From Pseudomonadota bacterium (GTDB taxonomy: Archaea > Thermoplasmatota > SW-10-69-26 > JACQPN01 > JAJPHT01): a stretch of DNA of 55,669 bases. The translations under genes were made by a program, and so were the position numbers. Positions 44,901 to 53,381 of this stretch are shown piece after piece. Location of the stretch: the NCBI GenBank assembly GCA_021325135.1, contig JAJPHT010000028.1, forward strand, positions 1-55,669. The letters run 5' to 3'. The first letter of the stretch is position 1, and every line of letters begins with the position of its first letter. A model generated the notes under the pieces. That model made no database searches, was not told the DNA's origin, and was given only the letters and a program-made list of their open reading frames with translations.

Positions 44901-46770
44901 TGAGCTTCCAGTCCTCCGAGGAGCCGTTGCCCACGTAGCTGAGGTTGTCCACGACGCGGACCCACTGGGGCGCCGACTGGTAATTGCTCGACGCCTGGTA
45001 GACGAGCGGGATCCTCTGGTAGATCGAGCTGTTGGTGGCCAGCGTGAAGTTGGCGGTGACGACGAGGTCCTGCGTGTCGGCCTGGCTGTCCTTGGGGCCC
45101 TCGGTCACGTCGACGTTGATGGTGAAGTTCTGGTGCGGGTGCGCGCCGGTGATCTGCGGGTTCGTCGTGGGATCGTAGGGCTTGACCTGGGCCGTGAGCC
45201 AGGGCCCGTCGTTGAACGTCGGCTTGACGCCCGACTTGACGCCCACGTAGAGGGGGATGCTGGCGACGTTGTTGCTCTCGTTGGACTCGATGATGGAGCC
45301 GTCCCCCGCGACGGTCGCGTCGTCGGCCTCGACGTAGAGCGTGTGGATGCCGGGGCCGAGGTATTGGGGCGAGTCGGGCTTGTCGCTCTGGGCGGACTTG
45401 GTGAAGTTGAACGCGAGGTAGAGCGTGGGCGTGCTCCAGTTCCCCACGTCGCGGAACCCAAGGGGGTTGTCGGTCCCGTCGCTGAAGTTGTAGGTGAAGT
45501 CGCCGTTGCGGTCGTCGATCCAGGCGCGCAGGTGCACGGCGTCGGGGCCTCCGGCGTGCGCGGGGCCGTTGTTGCGGATGCCCACGTGGCCGCCGATGAC
45601 GAGGCTGCCGAACTCGGCGGGGTAGGCGTGCGCGCCGTCGTACCCGAAGTCCGTCGCGTTGATGCTGGGCGCAAGGTCGTACCACGCCACCTGGACGTGC
45701 GTGACGTTCGTGCGGTTCGCGGCGCCCGCGGGGCTCATGCCGGCGACGGCCTTGGCCAGGGCGTTGTTCGCGTTGAGCCGCAGCGTCGCGGTGTAGTTGC
45801 CGATCTTGCCGTTGAGGTCGAAGGACCCCATGAGGTAGGCGCCGGAGTGGTCCGCGATGGCCGGCTTCGCGGTGGCGTCGGCCAAGGCGACGTTGGCCCC
45901 GGCGACCGTGGCCGTGTAGGGGATCTGCCAGGCGTTGCCGCGCGGGTCCGCGTCGCCGGTCCAGTTGCCGAAGTTCTGGATGGCGGCCTCGAAGAACGTC
46001 ATCGTCTTCGTGGAGGCGGTGACGTTGAACGGGCTGGAGGCGGTGAGGTTCAAGCAGTCCTTCACCAGGGGCGGGTCGCCATCCGCGGTGAGGTCGCCGC
46101 GGCACCACGAGGTGCTGGTGATGCGGTAGTCGATCTTGAGGTCGCGGACGAAGCCGATCCACGCGGCGTGCCGGGAGAGGTCGTCCGCGGGGGTGATGCC
46201 GTTGGTGGCGCTGGGGCCGGGGTCCGAGGCGCCCACACCGCTGTTGGTGGGGTCGTTGACGTTGCCGTGGTACTCGTAGCTGGCGTCGTGGCCCTGGCAG
46301 GGCGCGTAGCTGAACGTGCTGTTGGGGTGCCGGTTGACCCAGATGGTCGCGTTCCACGCGTGCTTGTTCACGTCGGTCGCGTTGCTGGGCACGTGGAAGG
46401 GGAAGGAGATGGGCGTCGTGGCGGCGCTGTTGCCGCTGGCCGCCGCGATGGGCACGAGGATGCAGGAGTTGATGGACGTGCTGGTGGTGGCGTCCAGCGT
46501 CAGGTAGACGGGGACGGTGGCCCCCTCGGCGCCGCTGTTGCTGACGGTGACGCGGAACTGGGCCGAGGCGTTGGCGTCGAAGAACTGCGTCGCGACGCCG
46601 CCGTGGTCCATGTCCACCAGCTGCGCCGAGCCGGAGACGATGGAGAGGGACATCTGGGTGGGCAGCGTGCTCTGGGCCTGGGCGGGCGGGGCCGCAGGGA
46701 GGAGCATCAGGACGCAGACGAGGAAGGCCGCGACCGCGACGAGGCGGCGCGGGGGCGGGCTGGCAACCAT
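41905..46770 (-). CDS. Large surface glycoprotein (CARDB/Ig-like repeats, choice-of-anchor-X-like motif, C-terminal TM)
   Basis: Signal peptide; IESNESNN; MHDDGKDGDKTANDQIYS; dense N-x-S/T sequons; TM followed by KRKG. Confidence 0.88.
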   Translation of the reverse strand: MVASPPPRRLVAVAAFLVCVLMLLPAAPPAQAQSTLPTQMSLSIVSGSAQLVDMDHGGVATQFFDANASAQFRVTVSNSGAEGATVPVYLTLDATTSTSINSCILVPIAAASGNSAATTPISFPFHVPSNATDVNKHAWNATIWVNRHPNSTFSYAPCQGHDASYEYHGNVNDPTNSGVGASDPGPSATNGITPADDLSRHAAWIGFVRDLKIDYRITSTSWCRGDLTADGDPPLVKDCLNLTASSPFNVTASTKTMTFFEAAIQNFGNWTGDADPRGNAWQIPYTATVAGANVALADATAKPAIADHSGAYLMGSFDLNGKIGNYTATLRLNANNALAKAVAGMSPAGAANRTNVTHVQVAWYDLAPSINATDFGYDGAHAYPAEFGSLVIGGHVGIRNNGPAHAGGPDAVHLRAWIDDRNGDFTYNFSDGTDNPLGFRDVGNWSTPTLYLAFNFTKSAQSDKPDSPQYLGPGIHTLYVEADDATVAGDGSIIESNESNNVASIPLYVGVKSGVKPTFNDGPWLTAQVKPYDPTTNPQITGAHPHQNFTINVDVTEGPKDSQADTQDLVVTANFTLATNSSIYQRIPLVYQASSNYQSAPQWVRVVDNLSYVGNGSSEDWKLTIEAVDAFNQTVEKSWNQTFHLAKWPIQTVNDTDILRGIKYNGVRNTTAPQDLNYTVPFTSIAPYYDIQVWRDWTGYIDNVSNQSDQVSKVDNLALVLSPPRHGRNITSGFTSGGSDCKNAGGGVGQTPPDGNPWNGTVGVAGTTAAGCGTSASSRYNFTSATISTTEDGPGTWGVDIQITDISGETRHIFRNLTLQDQLPAFQDLSVSDVTDKAHFTNSSVPGHAVQIHVNVSDDSSVTPPSEVYSVWTRKGHADPTFNFTLRNGTAPCLTGDSSRTCRIFNDTFAVGRGHALNASGTFEVTFVAKDVNGNWGASPPVEFSLNETTNPTITDRGVDPPQQELRQPVTFYAKVSALYDPRVEVTVTDQNDAVIVDAQPMNVTDGLGNDENFTYTTTFNTSGTYSYTIRAFSSQGLLDGSHGVLSGAFSVSENLGPRIEVKSPTVKINGQFYAPAAPTLTFLVYDAQGVDDKSFNLSVDGATVNGRVTTSPAPAGLNGYFFQYTVANVEGQRFQDGQVVPVNLSVFDLTGLQAGKTSLPSYLNFTFVVDAKPPSARITDFAPRYKSGASQLWNVSLSTKFTITASPDDDSPVPVDRVVYTIVGGGRAVTATYNGPFSLADNKEVYAGATVYTISVWAYDAVGNSNATRPNQYSFFLDDAAPHLALPLIQDRWLNFTIVDEQTGVKSATIWARADNEPYQPYPMVKDAVGDVWRGVLPEGHRGQTLTYYVQAVDNVDNNADGSESFGSPSQPYGSLKVANHDPVVKVTSPVVGSRVSRVVDLTWDASDADQDPLTFTLFYKAPGKDAYTELAKLDATGARKYSLDTSKLAGDGEYTFRVTASDGTTAKFDETTVNVINAGSAIGSVGHVDDVVPGDQVVITAQISKAGATVEAQLYRGGALVDSYVMHDDGKDGDKTANDQIYSARVPVSSSGDYSVTIVAHYSEDGQTKESTLVNAASFSAKLTPAYVFATYAGLLVLLALLAVVGIAIAIFVVVKRKG

Positions 46771-46855
46771 GGGGGGCCCCTCGGCAGGCGCAAGGACGTG
46801 TGGCTGCTTATAAAGGAACCGAATACGACCTCGTGTCGGAGCGCCGCTCCAGGCC

Positions 46856-47170
46856 TCAGGGGAGGCCGGTGGAGGGGATCATCTTGTCCACGGGCGGGGC
46901 CTTGCCGGCGTAGGAGGTGTCGGCGTGGTACCAGAGGACGCCGTCGGAGCCGACGCAGTCGCTCATCTGGAGGCCGGGGACGTTGTTGGACTCGGTCCAG
47001 AAGCCGGTGTTGCTCGGGTCGCCCACGACGAAGTAGACGCCCGGGGTGAGCGGGTAGACCGCGGTGGAGTCGTCGGAGGGGTGCGCCTTGCAGGCGGGGA
47101 CCTCCGCGCTGCCGATGGGGGCGGCGAGGAGGAGGGCGAGGAGGGCGAAGGGGGCGGCTCGGGGCAACAT
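46856..47170 (-). CDS. Small secreted protein with [ED][ST]N-xx-PGLQ motif
   Basis: Signal peptide; FWTESNNVPGLQ. Confidence 0.7.
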   Translation of the reverse strand: MLPRAAPFALLALLLAAPIGSAEVPACKAHPSDDSTAVYPLTPGVYFVVGDPSNTGFWTESNNVPGLQMSDCVGSDGVLWYHADTSYAGKAPPVDKMIPSTGLP

Positions 47171-47337
47171 GGGGACGGTCTCCCTGGCCCGCCGGCAAGC
47201 GGGCACGGGGCCCGTGGCCAAGGCCACGCATAAGCGGACGCTTGTCACCCGACGGACGCGCGCGCGGCCCCCGGCGCCGTCGTGAAGAAAGATTATGCCC
47301 CGCCCGGCCGTGGGAAGCCTGGAGGCGTAGAACCCCC

Positions 47338-47685
47338 ATGCGCCACGTTGCCCTCGTTGCCCTCGCGCTCCTCGTTGCCCTTCCGTCCATCCACGCGGGA
47401 AGCACCGTTCCCGACGACTGCGCGGCCGCCGGCATGACCGGCTGCACCGCCGTCCCCGTCCCCGACTCGCCCGCCGGCGGCAAGACGACCTACTTCGTCT
47501 ACACGGCCGTCGCCGGCTGCGCGCCCGACGTCAGCGACGACTCCTGCATGGGCCGCCCCAACGCCGGGCCCCTGGACCTCGCGGGCGTCGTCTACCAGGA
47601 CACCAACCCCCTTCCGGGCCTCCAGCGCACCATCGTGATCATCAACCACGTCACGTACCAGCCTGACGAGGCCGTCCTGATCTGA
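47338..47685 (+). CDS. Small secreted protein with [ED][ST]N-xx-PGLQ motif
   Basis: Signal peptide; VYQDTNPLPGLQR; 4 Cys. Confidence 0.7.
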   Translation: MRHVALVALALLVALPSIHAGSTVPDDCAAAGMTGCTAVPVPDSPAGGKTTYFVYTAVAGCAPDVSDDSCMGRPNAGPLDLAGVVYQDTNPLPGLQRTIVIINHVTYQPDEAVLI

Positions 47686-47736
47686 GCGGCATCGGTCGCA
47701 GCGTTCATGTAGAAGCAGGAATCCTGAGCCCTGGCC

Positions 47737-48690
47737 ATGCGTGCCACGCTCCTCGCCCGCGTGCGCGACCTCCTCGCCCGAGCGGGCTACTGCCTCTCCG
47801 TCGAGACCGCCATGAGGCCGCTCGCGTTCGACGTGGTGGCGCGCCGCGACGGGCAGCTCCTCATCGTGAAGGTGCTCACCAACGTCGATGGCCTCAGCGA
47901 GCCCGTGGCGCAGGAGCTTCGCCTCGTCGCGCGCTTCCTGGAGGCCGTTCCCCTCGTGGTGGGCGAGCGCAGCAGCAGCCGCCCGCTGGAGCCGGGCGCC
48001 GTCTACGCGCGCTACGGCGTGCACATCCTCGCCTTCGAGACGCTCCAGGACTACCTGGAGGACGGCGTCGAGCCCCTGGTCTACGCCGCGCCGGGCGGGT
48101 TCTACGTGAACCTCGACGGCGTGCGCCTCCGAGCGTTGCGCGAGGCGCGAGGCCTCTCGCTGGGCGACCTCGCGCAGGCGGCCGGCGTGTCTCGCCGCGC
48201 CATCGGCATGTACGAGGAGGGCATGGGCGCCATGGTGGAGGTCGCGCAGCGCCTGGAGGAGTTCCTCGACGAGCCCCTGGCGCGCCCCCACAACCCGTTC
48301 CTCCCCGCCAAGCCGGAGGGCCCGGAGCAGGCCGCGCCGCAGGAGCCCTTCCCCGACACGTTCGAGGGCGTCGTCCTGCGCGCGCTGGCCGAGATGGGCT
48401 TCCGCGTGGCCACCACCCAGAAGTCCCCCTTCGCGGCCATCGGCCGTGACGACGAGGCCGTGGTGCTCACCGGCTTCGCCGACGGCTCCCCCGAGGCCCC
48501 CAAGCGCGCCGCCGCGACGGCCAACCTCAGCGAGGTCACCGAGACCTACGGCGTCTTCTTCGTGGAGCGCACGACGACGCGCGTCGCCTTCGAGGGCACG
48601 CCCGTCGTGAGCCGCGAGGAGGTCGTCCGCTTCGCCGACCCCGAGGACCTCCTCCGCCTCCTCACCGAGCGCAAGGGCCGCGCGCGGTGA
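47737..48690 (+). CDS. Archaeal Cro/C1-type HTH transcriptional regulator (COG1395-like)
   Basis: FDVVARR…IVKVLTNVDGL…PLVYAAPGGFYV…LGDLAQAAGVSRRAIGMYEEG. Confidence 0.9.
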   Translation: MRATLLARVRDLLARAGYCLSVETAMRPLAFDVVARRDGQLLIVKVLTNVDGLSEPVAQELRLVARFLEAVPLVVGERSSSRPLEPGAVYARYGVHILAFETLQDYLEDGVEPLVYAAPGGFYVNLDGVRLRALREARGLSLGDLAQAAGVSRRAIGMYEEGMGAMVEVAQRLEEFLDEPLARPHNPFLPAKPEGPEQAAPQEPFPDTFEGVVLRALAEMGFRVATTQKSPFAAIGRDDEAVVLTGFADGSPEAPKRAAATANLSEVTETYGVFFVERTTTRVAFEGTPVVSREEVVRFADPEDLLRLLTERKGRAR

Positions 48691-48695
48691 CGCGC

Positions 48696-48839
48696 ATGGA
48701 CCCCGTCGTCATCGTGACGCTCGTCATCGCCGTGCTCATCCCGGTGACGATGATCGCCGGGGGCATCTGGTTCGTGTCGTGGTACATGCAGAGGAAGATC
48801 CGCCGCGACCTGGAGCGCGAGAACGCGCGGCGACGATAG
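48696..48839 (+). CDS. Single-TM microprotein (47 aa)
   Basis: MDPVVIVTLVIAVLIPVTMIAGGIWFVSWY with a charged tail; GTG 48687 is an alternative start. Confidence 0.55.
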   Translation: MDPVVIVTLVIAVLIPVTMIAGGIWFVSWYMQRKIRRDLERENARRR

Positions 48840-48888
48840 CCCTCCCGCCCGAAACGCTATATCCCCCTTCGGACAGACACGCGAGACC

Positions 48889-49188
48889 ATGGCGCTTCGC
48901 TCGACGCCCGCCGAGCGATTGAGGCAGTGGGTTGGCAACCTCATCATCGCGTGGACCGTGGTGGCGAGCCTCGCCGCCGTCATGGGCGCGGCGTACTACC
49001 AGCGCACGGGGGACAAGTGGATCCTCTGGGGCGTCATGGGCGGCGCGGGCGCCGGCTGCGCGGTGCTCATCGGCTTCGCCGTCATGGTGGGCATCATGAC
49101 GAAGGCGCGCAGGAGGCGCGGGCCCCTGGTGAAGATGCCCCACCAGAAGCGCAGCGACCGCGAGCACACCTTCATGGCGCGGCGTTAG
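48889..49188 (+). CDS. Small 2-TM membrane protein
   Basis: Two hydrophobic helices and a basic tail. Confidence 0.65.
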   Translation: MALRSTPAERLRQWVGNLIIAWTVVASLAAVMGAAYYQRTGDKWILWGVMGGAGAGCAVLIGFAVMVGIMTKARRRRGPLVKMPHQKRSDREHTFMARR

Positions 49189-49240
49189 CGCCGCCGCGGA
49201 AAACCGAAAGTCTCGTGACCCTTCAGGCCAAGCCTGGCCC

Positions 49241-50053
49241 GTGGACGACGCGGCCGCGCTCACGCTGTCCGCCGTCACGGACGTCGCCGTGGCGCTGGGC
49301 TACGCGCTCGTGGGGCAGGCCATCCGGCGGCGCGACGGGCCGCCCGCGGCGCGGCGTGCCCGCCTCGACCTCGCGCTGGGCTTCTGGGGCATCGCCGCGA
49401 CGGGCGTCGCCAGCGCGGCCCTGGACGTCGCGGTGCTCTCCGGCTCGCGCGACCTCGCGTGGCTGGGCGCGCTCTCCAACCTCCCGCTGGCGACCTTCGC
49501 GGTGGCCAGCGCGGGCTTCGCGGCGTATCTCGCGGAGGTCTTCCTGGGCTGGGGCCGGGTCCGCCCGCTCCTCTTCGTGGCCTACGCGGCGCTGGCCGGG
49601 TGGAACCTCGCGGCGGCGCTGCGCTGGCCCGCCTCGCGCATGGAGATCGTCGCGTGGCGCCCGGTGCTGATCTCCCCCGACGGCCAGGGCGTGACCATGG
49701 TGGCGACGGCGGCGCTCCTCGTGGCGCCCATCGTCGTGGGCTCGCTGGCGTGCCTCGTCCTGTGGGGCAAGACGCCCGCGGCCCGCGCGCGCTTCCGCCT
49801 CGGCCTCACCTCCGCGGGGCTGGCGCTCTGGAGCGCCGCCAGCTTCGTCATCACGCTGGGGGCCACCGACGCGGCGCAGGCCTCGGGCCGCGCCCTCGTG
49901 CTATCATCTGCGGGCCTGCTCCTCGTGGCCCACGCGCCGCCGCGGCCGCTGGAGGAGCGCCTCGCCGTCTGGGAGCGGGGCGACGCCGCGCGCGAGCTGG
50001 CGCGCCACGAGCGGGAGGCGAGCCTCGGCTCGCGCGTCCGCGAGCTGGTCTGA
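49241..50053 (+). CDS. ~7-TM membrane protein without a soluble output domain
   Basis: About seven hydrophobic helices and a short charged tail. Confidence 0.7.
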   Translation: MDDAAALTLSAVTDVAVALGYALVGQAIRRRDGPPAARRARLDLALGFWGIAATGVASAALDVAVLSGSRDLAWLGALSNLPLATFAVASAGFAAYLAEVFLGWGRVRPLLFVAYAALAGWNLAAALRWPASRMEIVAWRPVLISPDGQGVTMVATAALLVAPIVVGSLACLVLWGKTPAARARFRLGLTSAGLALWSAASFVITLGATDAAQASGRALVLSSAGLLLVAHAPPRPLEERLAVWERGDAARELARHEREASLGSRVRELV

Positions 50054-50054
50054 C

Positions 50055-50186
50055 CTACTTGGGCCGCTCGTCGCTCCAGAGCTTGATCCAGCCGAATTCC
50101 CAAGGGTTCGGCTTCTCAAGCTCTGGAGCGCGGAGCGGCCTCGTTCGCTTCGCTCACTTCGGCCGCTCGTCGCTCCAGAGCTTGAT
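50055..50186. repeat. Direct-inverted-direct triplication of a gene's 3' end
   Basis: 50055-50087 is near-identical to 50154-50186 (26-bp identical core); inverted copy at 50116-50140. Confidence 0.85.
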
Positions 50187-53177
50187 GGGGCCGCGGGGCC
50201 GCGCGATGCAGGTGAGCACGTACTTCTTCTGCTGGTCGGGCGAGAGCGCGCTGCCGGCGCTCTGGTCCGCCGCAGTGCCTTCCCAGCGGGCGCTGCACGT
50301 GTCGCACGAGCCCGCCTTGCACGAGGAGGGGAGATCGAGCCCGGCCTCCGAGCCCGCCTCCAGGAGGTTCTGGTTCTTGTGGACGGCGAGGACGACGCCC
50401 TCCTTCACGAACTCCACGCGGTAGTGGTCGGGCGGGATCTCCGGCTCGGCGGGCTTCGCGGGCTCGGCGGGGCCGGCGACGGGAGCCGCGGCGACGCCGC
50501 CCGCGGCGGCCTTCATGACCTGCGTGAGGACGACGTGCAGGTCCTGCACCTCGACGGTCGCCTTGGCCTTCTTCGCGGTGGTCTTGAGCTGCTGATAGCA
50601 GCCCGGGCTCATGGTGAGGAGGACCTCGGCGCCCGCGTCCTGCGCGGCGCGGACGCACTGCTCGGCCATGCGGCTGCTGAGCGTCTCGTCGAGGAGCTTG
50701 AGCCCGCGGCCGTGGCCGCACTCGTGGTGCGGCAGGTCGACGATCGTGGCGCCCGCGGCCTTGGCCAGCTCCATGACGGCGGCGCGCTGCGCGGGGTTGA
50801 GCCCCTCGGGCGCGTGGACGGCGATCTTCTTCGCGAGCTTCTTGGAGGCGTCGATCTCCAGCTTCTTCGCCTTGAGGAGCTCCGCGAGCACGGTGCTCGT
50901 GTGCTGGACCTCGGGGACCGCGACCTCGTTGGCCTTGCCCACCAGGGGCCAGTCCAGCGCCATCACGCGCGCGGCGTTGGCGTCCGGGGTGACGACGGCC
51001 TTCACGTTCTTCTTGGCCAACGCCTCCAGGAAGGGCGCCACGGCCTCGGCCGCGGCGGCGCGCTGGCCCGTCTCGAAGAGCGCGGCGGCGCTGCCCGCGT
51101 CCGCCTTCCCCATGTGGCCCACGGGGTAGCCTGCGTTGAGGAGCGCGAGCGCGGCGCTCTGCGCGACCTCGGGAGCGTCGTAGGCGGCGACGTCGTCCGC
51201 CACGAACATGGTGCTGCTCACGGGGTCGAAGCCGACGTTGACCCAGGCGCTGCGCTTCTCGGCGGGCTTGCCCAGGACGTTGCCGCTCTTCTTGACGTTC
51301 TCCGCGAGGGCGAGGTGCTCGGGGAGCGCGCCGTTCGCGCTGACCGCGGCGCCCAGGAGCAGGTCCGTCACGCGCTGGATGGGGATGGCGACGGGGCACA
51401 CCGCGTCGGCGTTGTGCTCCAGCGCGGTCCACGCGACGTTGCGCTGCGTGCGCGGGGAGATGGTCGCGCGGCCCTCGATGACGGCCTTGGCGAGCTGCAC
51501 GCGGCCGCGGGGCTGCGCGGACTCCCAGGGGCTCGTCTGGCCCTCGGGCGCCACGGCGTTGCACATGCCGCAGAAGATGCAGGTGGTGACCTCGGTCGCA
51601 AGCTCGCCCAGGTCGCCCGCGTGCACGCGGCCCATGGCGCGCTGGATGGCCGCCTGGTAGGGGTCCTCCTTGTCGCCGCCGGGGTACTCGAACCAGCCGC
51701 GCTGGAGCTTGAGCACGGGGCCCGCGAGCTTCAGCTGCAGCGGGAAGTCGCGCACGGGCAGCGGCATGAGGCGCGTGCGCGCGCCCAGCACGGGGCCGGG
51801 GTTGAACACGCTGCGCTTGTCGGTCGCCTTGCGCCACTTCTTGAGCATCTTGAGGCGCGGCTTGCCCAGCACGGCCTTGCTCTCGTTGGACGCGAGGACG
51901 CCGGTGGCGTAGCTCTGGCCGCCCTCCTTCTTCACGGCGTCGATGACCGCCAGCGCGTTGCCCAGCGCGGTGGGGTACGTCGCGCGGCGCTCGTCGTCGA
52001 GGCCGTAGTAGATGATATCAAAGGTCTGGGGCGAGACGGAGATGGCCCAGATGCAGGAGCGCTCCATCTTCTGGGCGCTCCACGCGGCGCTCCAGCCCTC
52101 GTGCAGGCGCTCGGCGTGGATGGCCGTCTCGGCCACGACGACGCTGGGGCCCAGGCGCTTGAGGTTGAGGTGGTTGAAGCGGTTGTCCCACGCCTTCTGC
52201 GCGTCGGCCTCCTTGGCCAGCGCGCCGCCCTCGGTGAGGACGACGCCCTTCACGATCTCCACGGCGCGGGGCTCGTCGGCGCTCTCCAGCGTGACGAGGA
52301 GGCCGTTCTTCGTGGGCAGGAGGCGCGAGCCCGCGGCCTTGTTGACGAGCTCCGCGTACTCGGGGCTGAAGACGCTGAGGCTCCAGGCGCCCGACTCCAG
52401 GGCGAGGCGGCGCGCGGCGCGGTGGCACTTCGACTCGTCGTCGAACGTCGCGAGGTAGCTGAGCTCCTGCTTCGCCTCGCGGACCTTGAGCACGACCTCC
52501 AGGATGAAGCCCGTCGTGCCGAAGGCGCCGTTGACGAGGTCGAGGTCGCGGCCCTTGAGGGCGTGCAGCGTGCCGTCGGGCGCCAGGAGGAGCACCTCGA
52601 CGACGTCGCTGGAGAAGGGGCCGTACTTGAGCGAGCCCACGCCGCCGCCCCCCTGCGCGACCCAGCCGGCGACGGTGGCCGCGTGGAAGGAGGTGGGGTA
52701 CTGGCGCAGCGCGAGGCCCTGCTTGCGCAGCGCCTTCTCCAGGTTGGCGAAGGTGACGTTGGACTCGACGCGGACGAGCTTCGCGGCCTTGTCGACCGAG
52801 AGCACCTTGTTGAACGCGCGCAGGTCGACGACGACGCCGCCCTCGGTGGGCACGCTTCCGCCGTAGCCCGACGTGCCCGAGCCGCGGGGCACGATGGGGA
52901 TGCTGTTGACGTTCGCGTACTCCAGCAGCTCGTAGAGCTCGCCGCGCACCTGGGGGCGCACGACGGCCCACGCGTCGCGCTTGAGCAGCATCTTCAGCGT
53001 GCCGGGAGGCGTCGAGGCGTCGCGGCTGTAGAGCACGCGCTCGCCGATGTCGTCGCTGGCGCGGTCCCCGAAATAGTACTCCAGCTTTCGAGCCTGCCCG
53101 CCGGGAAGCTCCTTGGTGAACGGGCTCATGCGCAGGGACGCCTTGCGCGGGTTGAGGAGAAGCTCGGGAAGATACAT
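50154..53177 (-). CDS. FAD-linked oxidase (GlcD/D-lactate dehydrogenase-like) fused to degenerate Fe-S/CCG (GlcF-like) domains and a C-terminal 2Fe-2S ferredoxin
   Basis: PIVPRGSGTSGYGG, ATVAGW, VFNPG; CIFCGMC, PRGR; ECG, SPGC; SSCKAGSCDTC…VLTCIA. Confidence 0.9.
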   Translation of the reverse strand: MYLPELLLNPRKASLRMSPFTKELPGGQARKLEYYFGDRASDDIGERVLYSRDASTPPGTLKMLLKRDAWAVVRPQVRGELYELLEYANVNSIPIVPRGSGTSGYGGSVPTEGGVVVDLRAFNKVLSVDKAAKLVRVESNVTFANLEKALRKQGLALRQYPTSFHAATVAGWVAQGGGGVGSLKYGPFSSDVVEVLLLAPDGTLHALKGRDLDLVNGAFGTTGFILEVVLKVREAKQELSYLATFDDESKCHRAARRLALESGAWSLSVFSPEYAELVNKAAGSRLLPTKNGLLVTLESADEPRAVEIVKGVVLTEGGALAKEADAQKAWDNRFNHLNLKRLGPSVVVAETAIHAERLHEGWSAAWSAQKMERSCIWAISVSPQTFDIIYYGLDDERRATYPTALGNALAVIDAVKKEGGQSYATGVLASNESKAVLGKPRLKMLKKWRKATDKRSVFNPGPVLGARTRLMPLPVRDFPLQLKLAGPVLKLQRGWFEYPGGDKEDPYQAAIQRAMGRVHAGDLGELATEVTTCIFCGMCNAVAPEGQTSPWESAQPRGRVQLAKAVIEGRATISPRTQRNVAWTALEHNADAVCPVAIPIQRVTDLLLGAAVSANGALPEHLALAENVKKSGNVLGKPAEKRSAWVNVGFDPVSSTMFVADDVAAYDAPEVAQSAALALLNAGYPVGHMGKADAGSAAALFETGQRAAAAEAVAPFLEALAKKNVKAVVTPDANAARVMALDWPLVGKANEVAVPEVQHTSTVLAELLKAKKLEIDASKKLAKKIAVHAPEGLNPAQRAAVMELAKAAGATIVDLPHHECGHGRGLKLLDETLSSRMAEQCVRAAQDAGAEVLLTMSPGCYQQLKTTAKKAKATVEVQDLHVVLTQVMKAAAGGVAAAPVAGPAEPAKPAEPEIPPDHYRVEFVKEGVVLAVHKNQNLLEAGSEAGLDLPSSCKAGSCDTCSARWEGTAADQSAGSALSPDQQKKYVLTCIARPRGPIKLWSDERPK

Positions 53178-53381
53178 GCGACGTCCCCGGGGGTCTGCGG
53201 CGCGATTGGGACCCCTCTATTTGAGTGCTTCGCGCTCGCTCGTCGGGCCGCCGTATGCACAGTATGGACTCTTTGAGCGCGCCAGCCAAGTGCGTGCGCC
53301 GCCACGGGAAATCCCGGTGAGAACGCGCACCCGGTGCGGTCGCTCGGCACGGTTAAATATGGCCTCTGGAATGGGGGCGCC

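Noticed and set aside
50154-50156. Selenocysteine recoding of the TGA
   Set aside because: The position is not a Cys-equivalent site and the downstream frame merely duplicates the C-terminus
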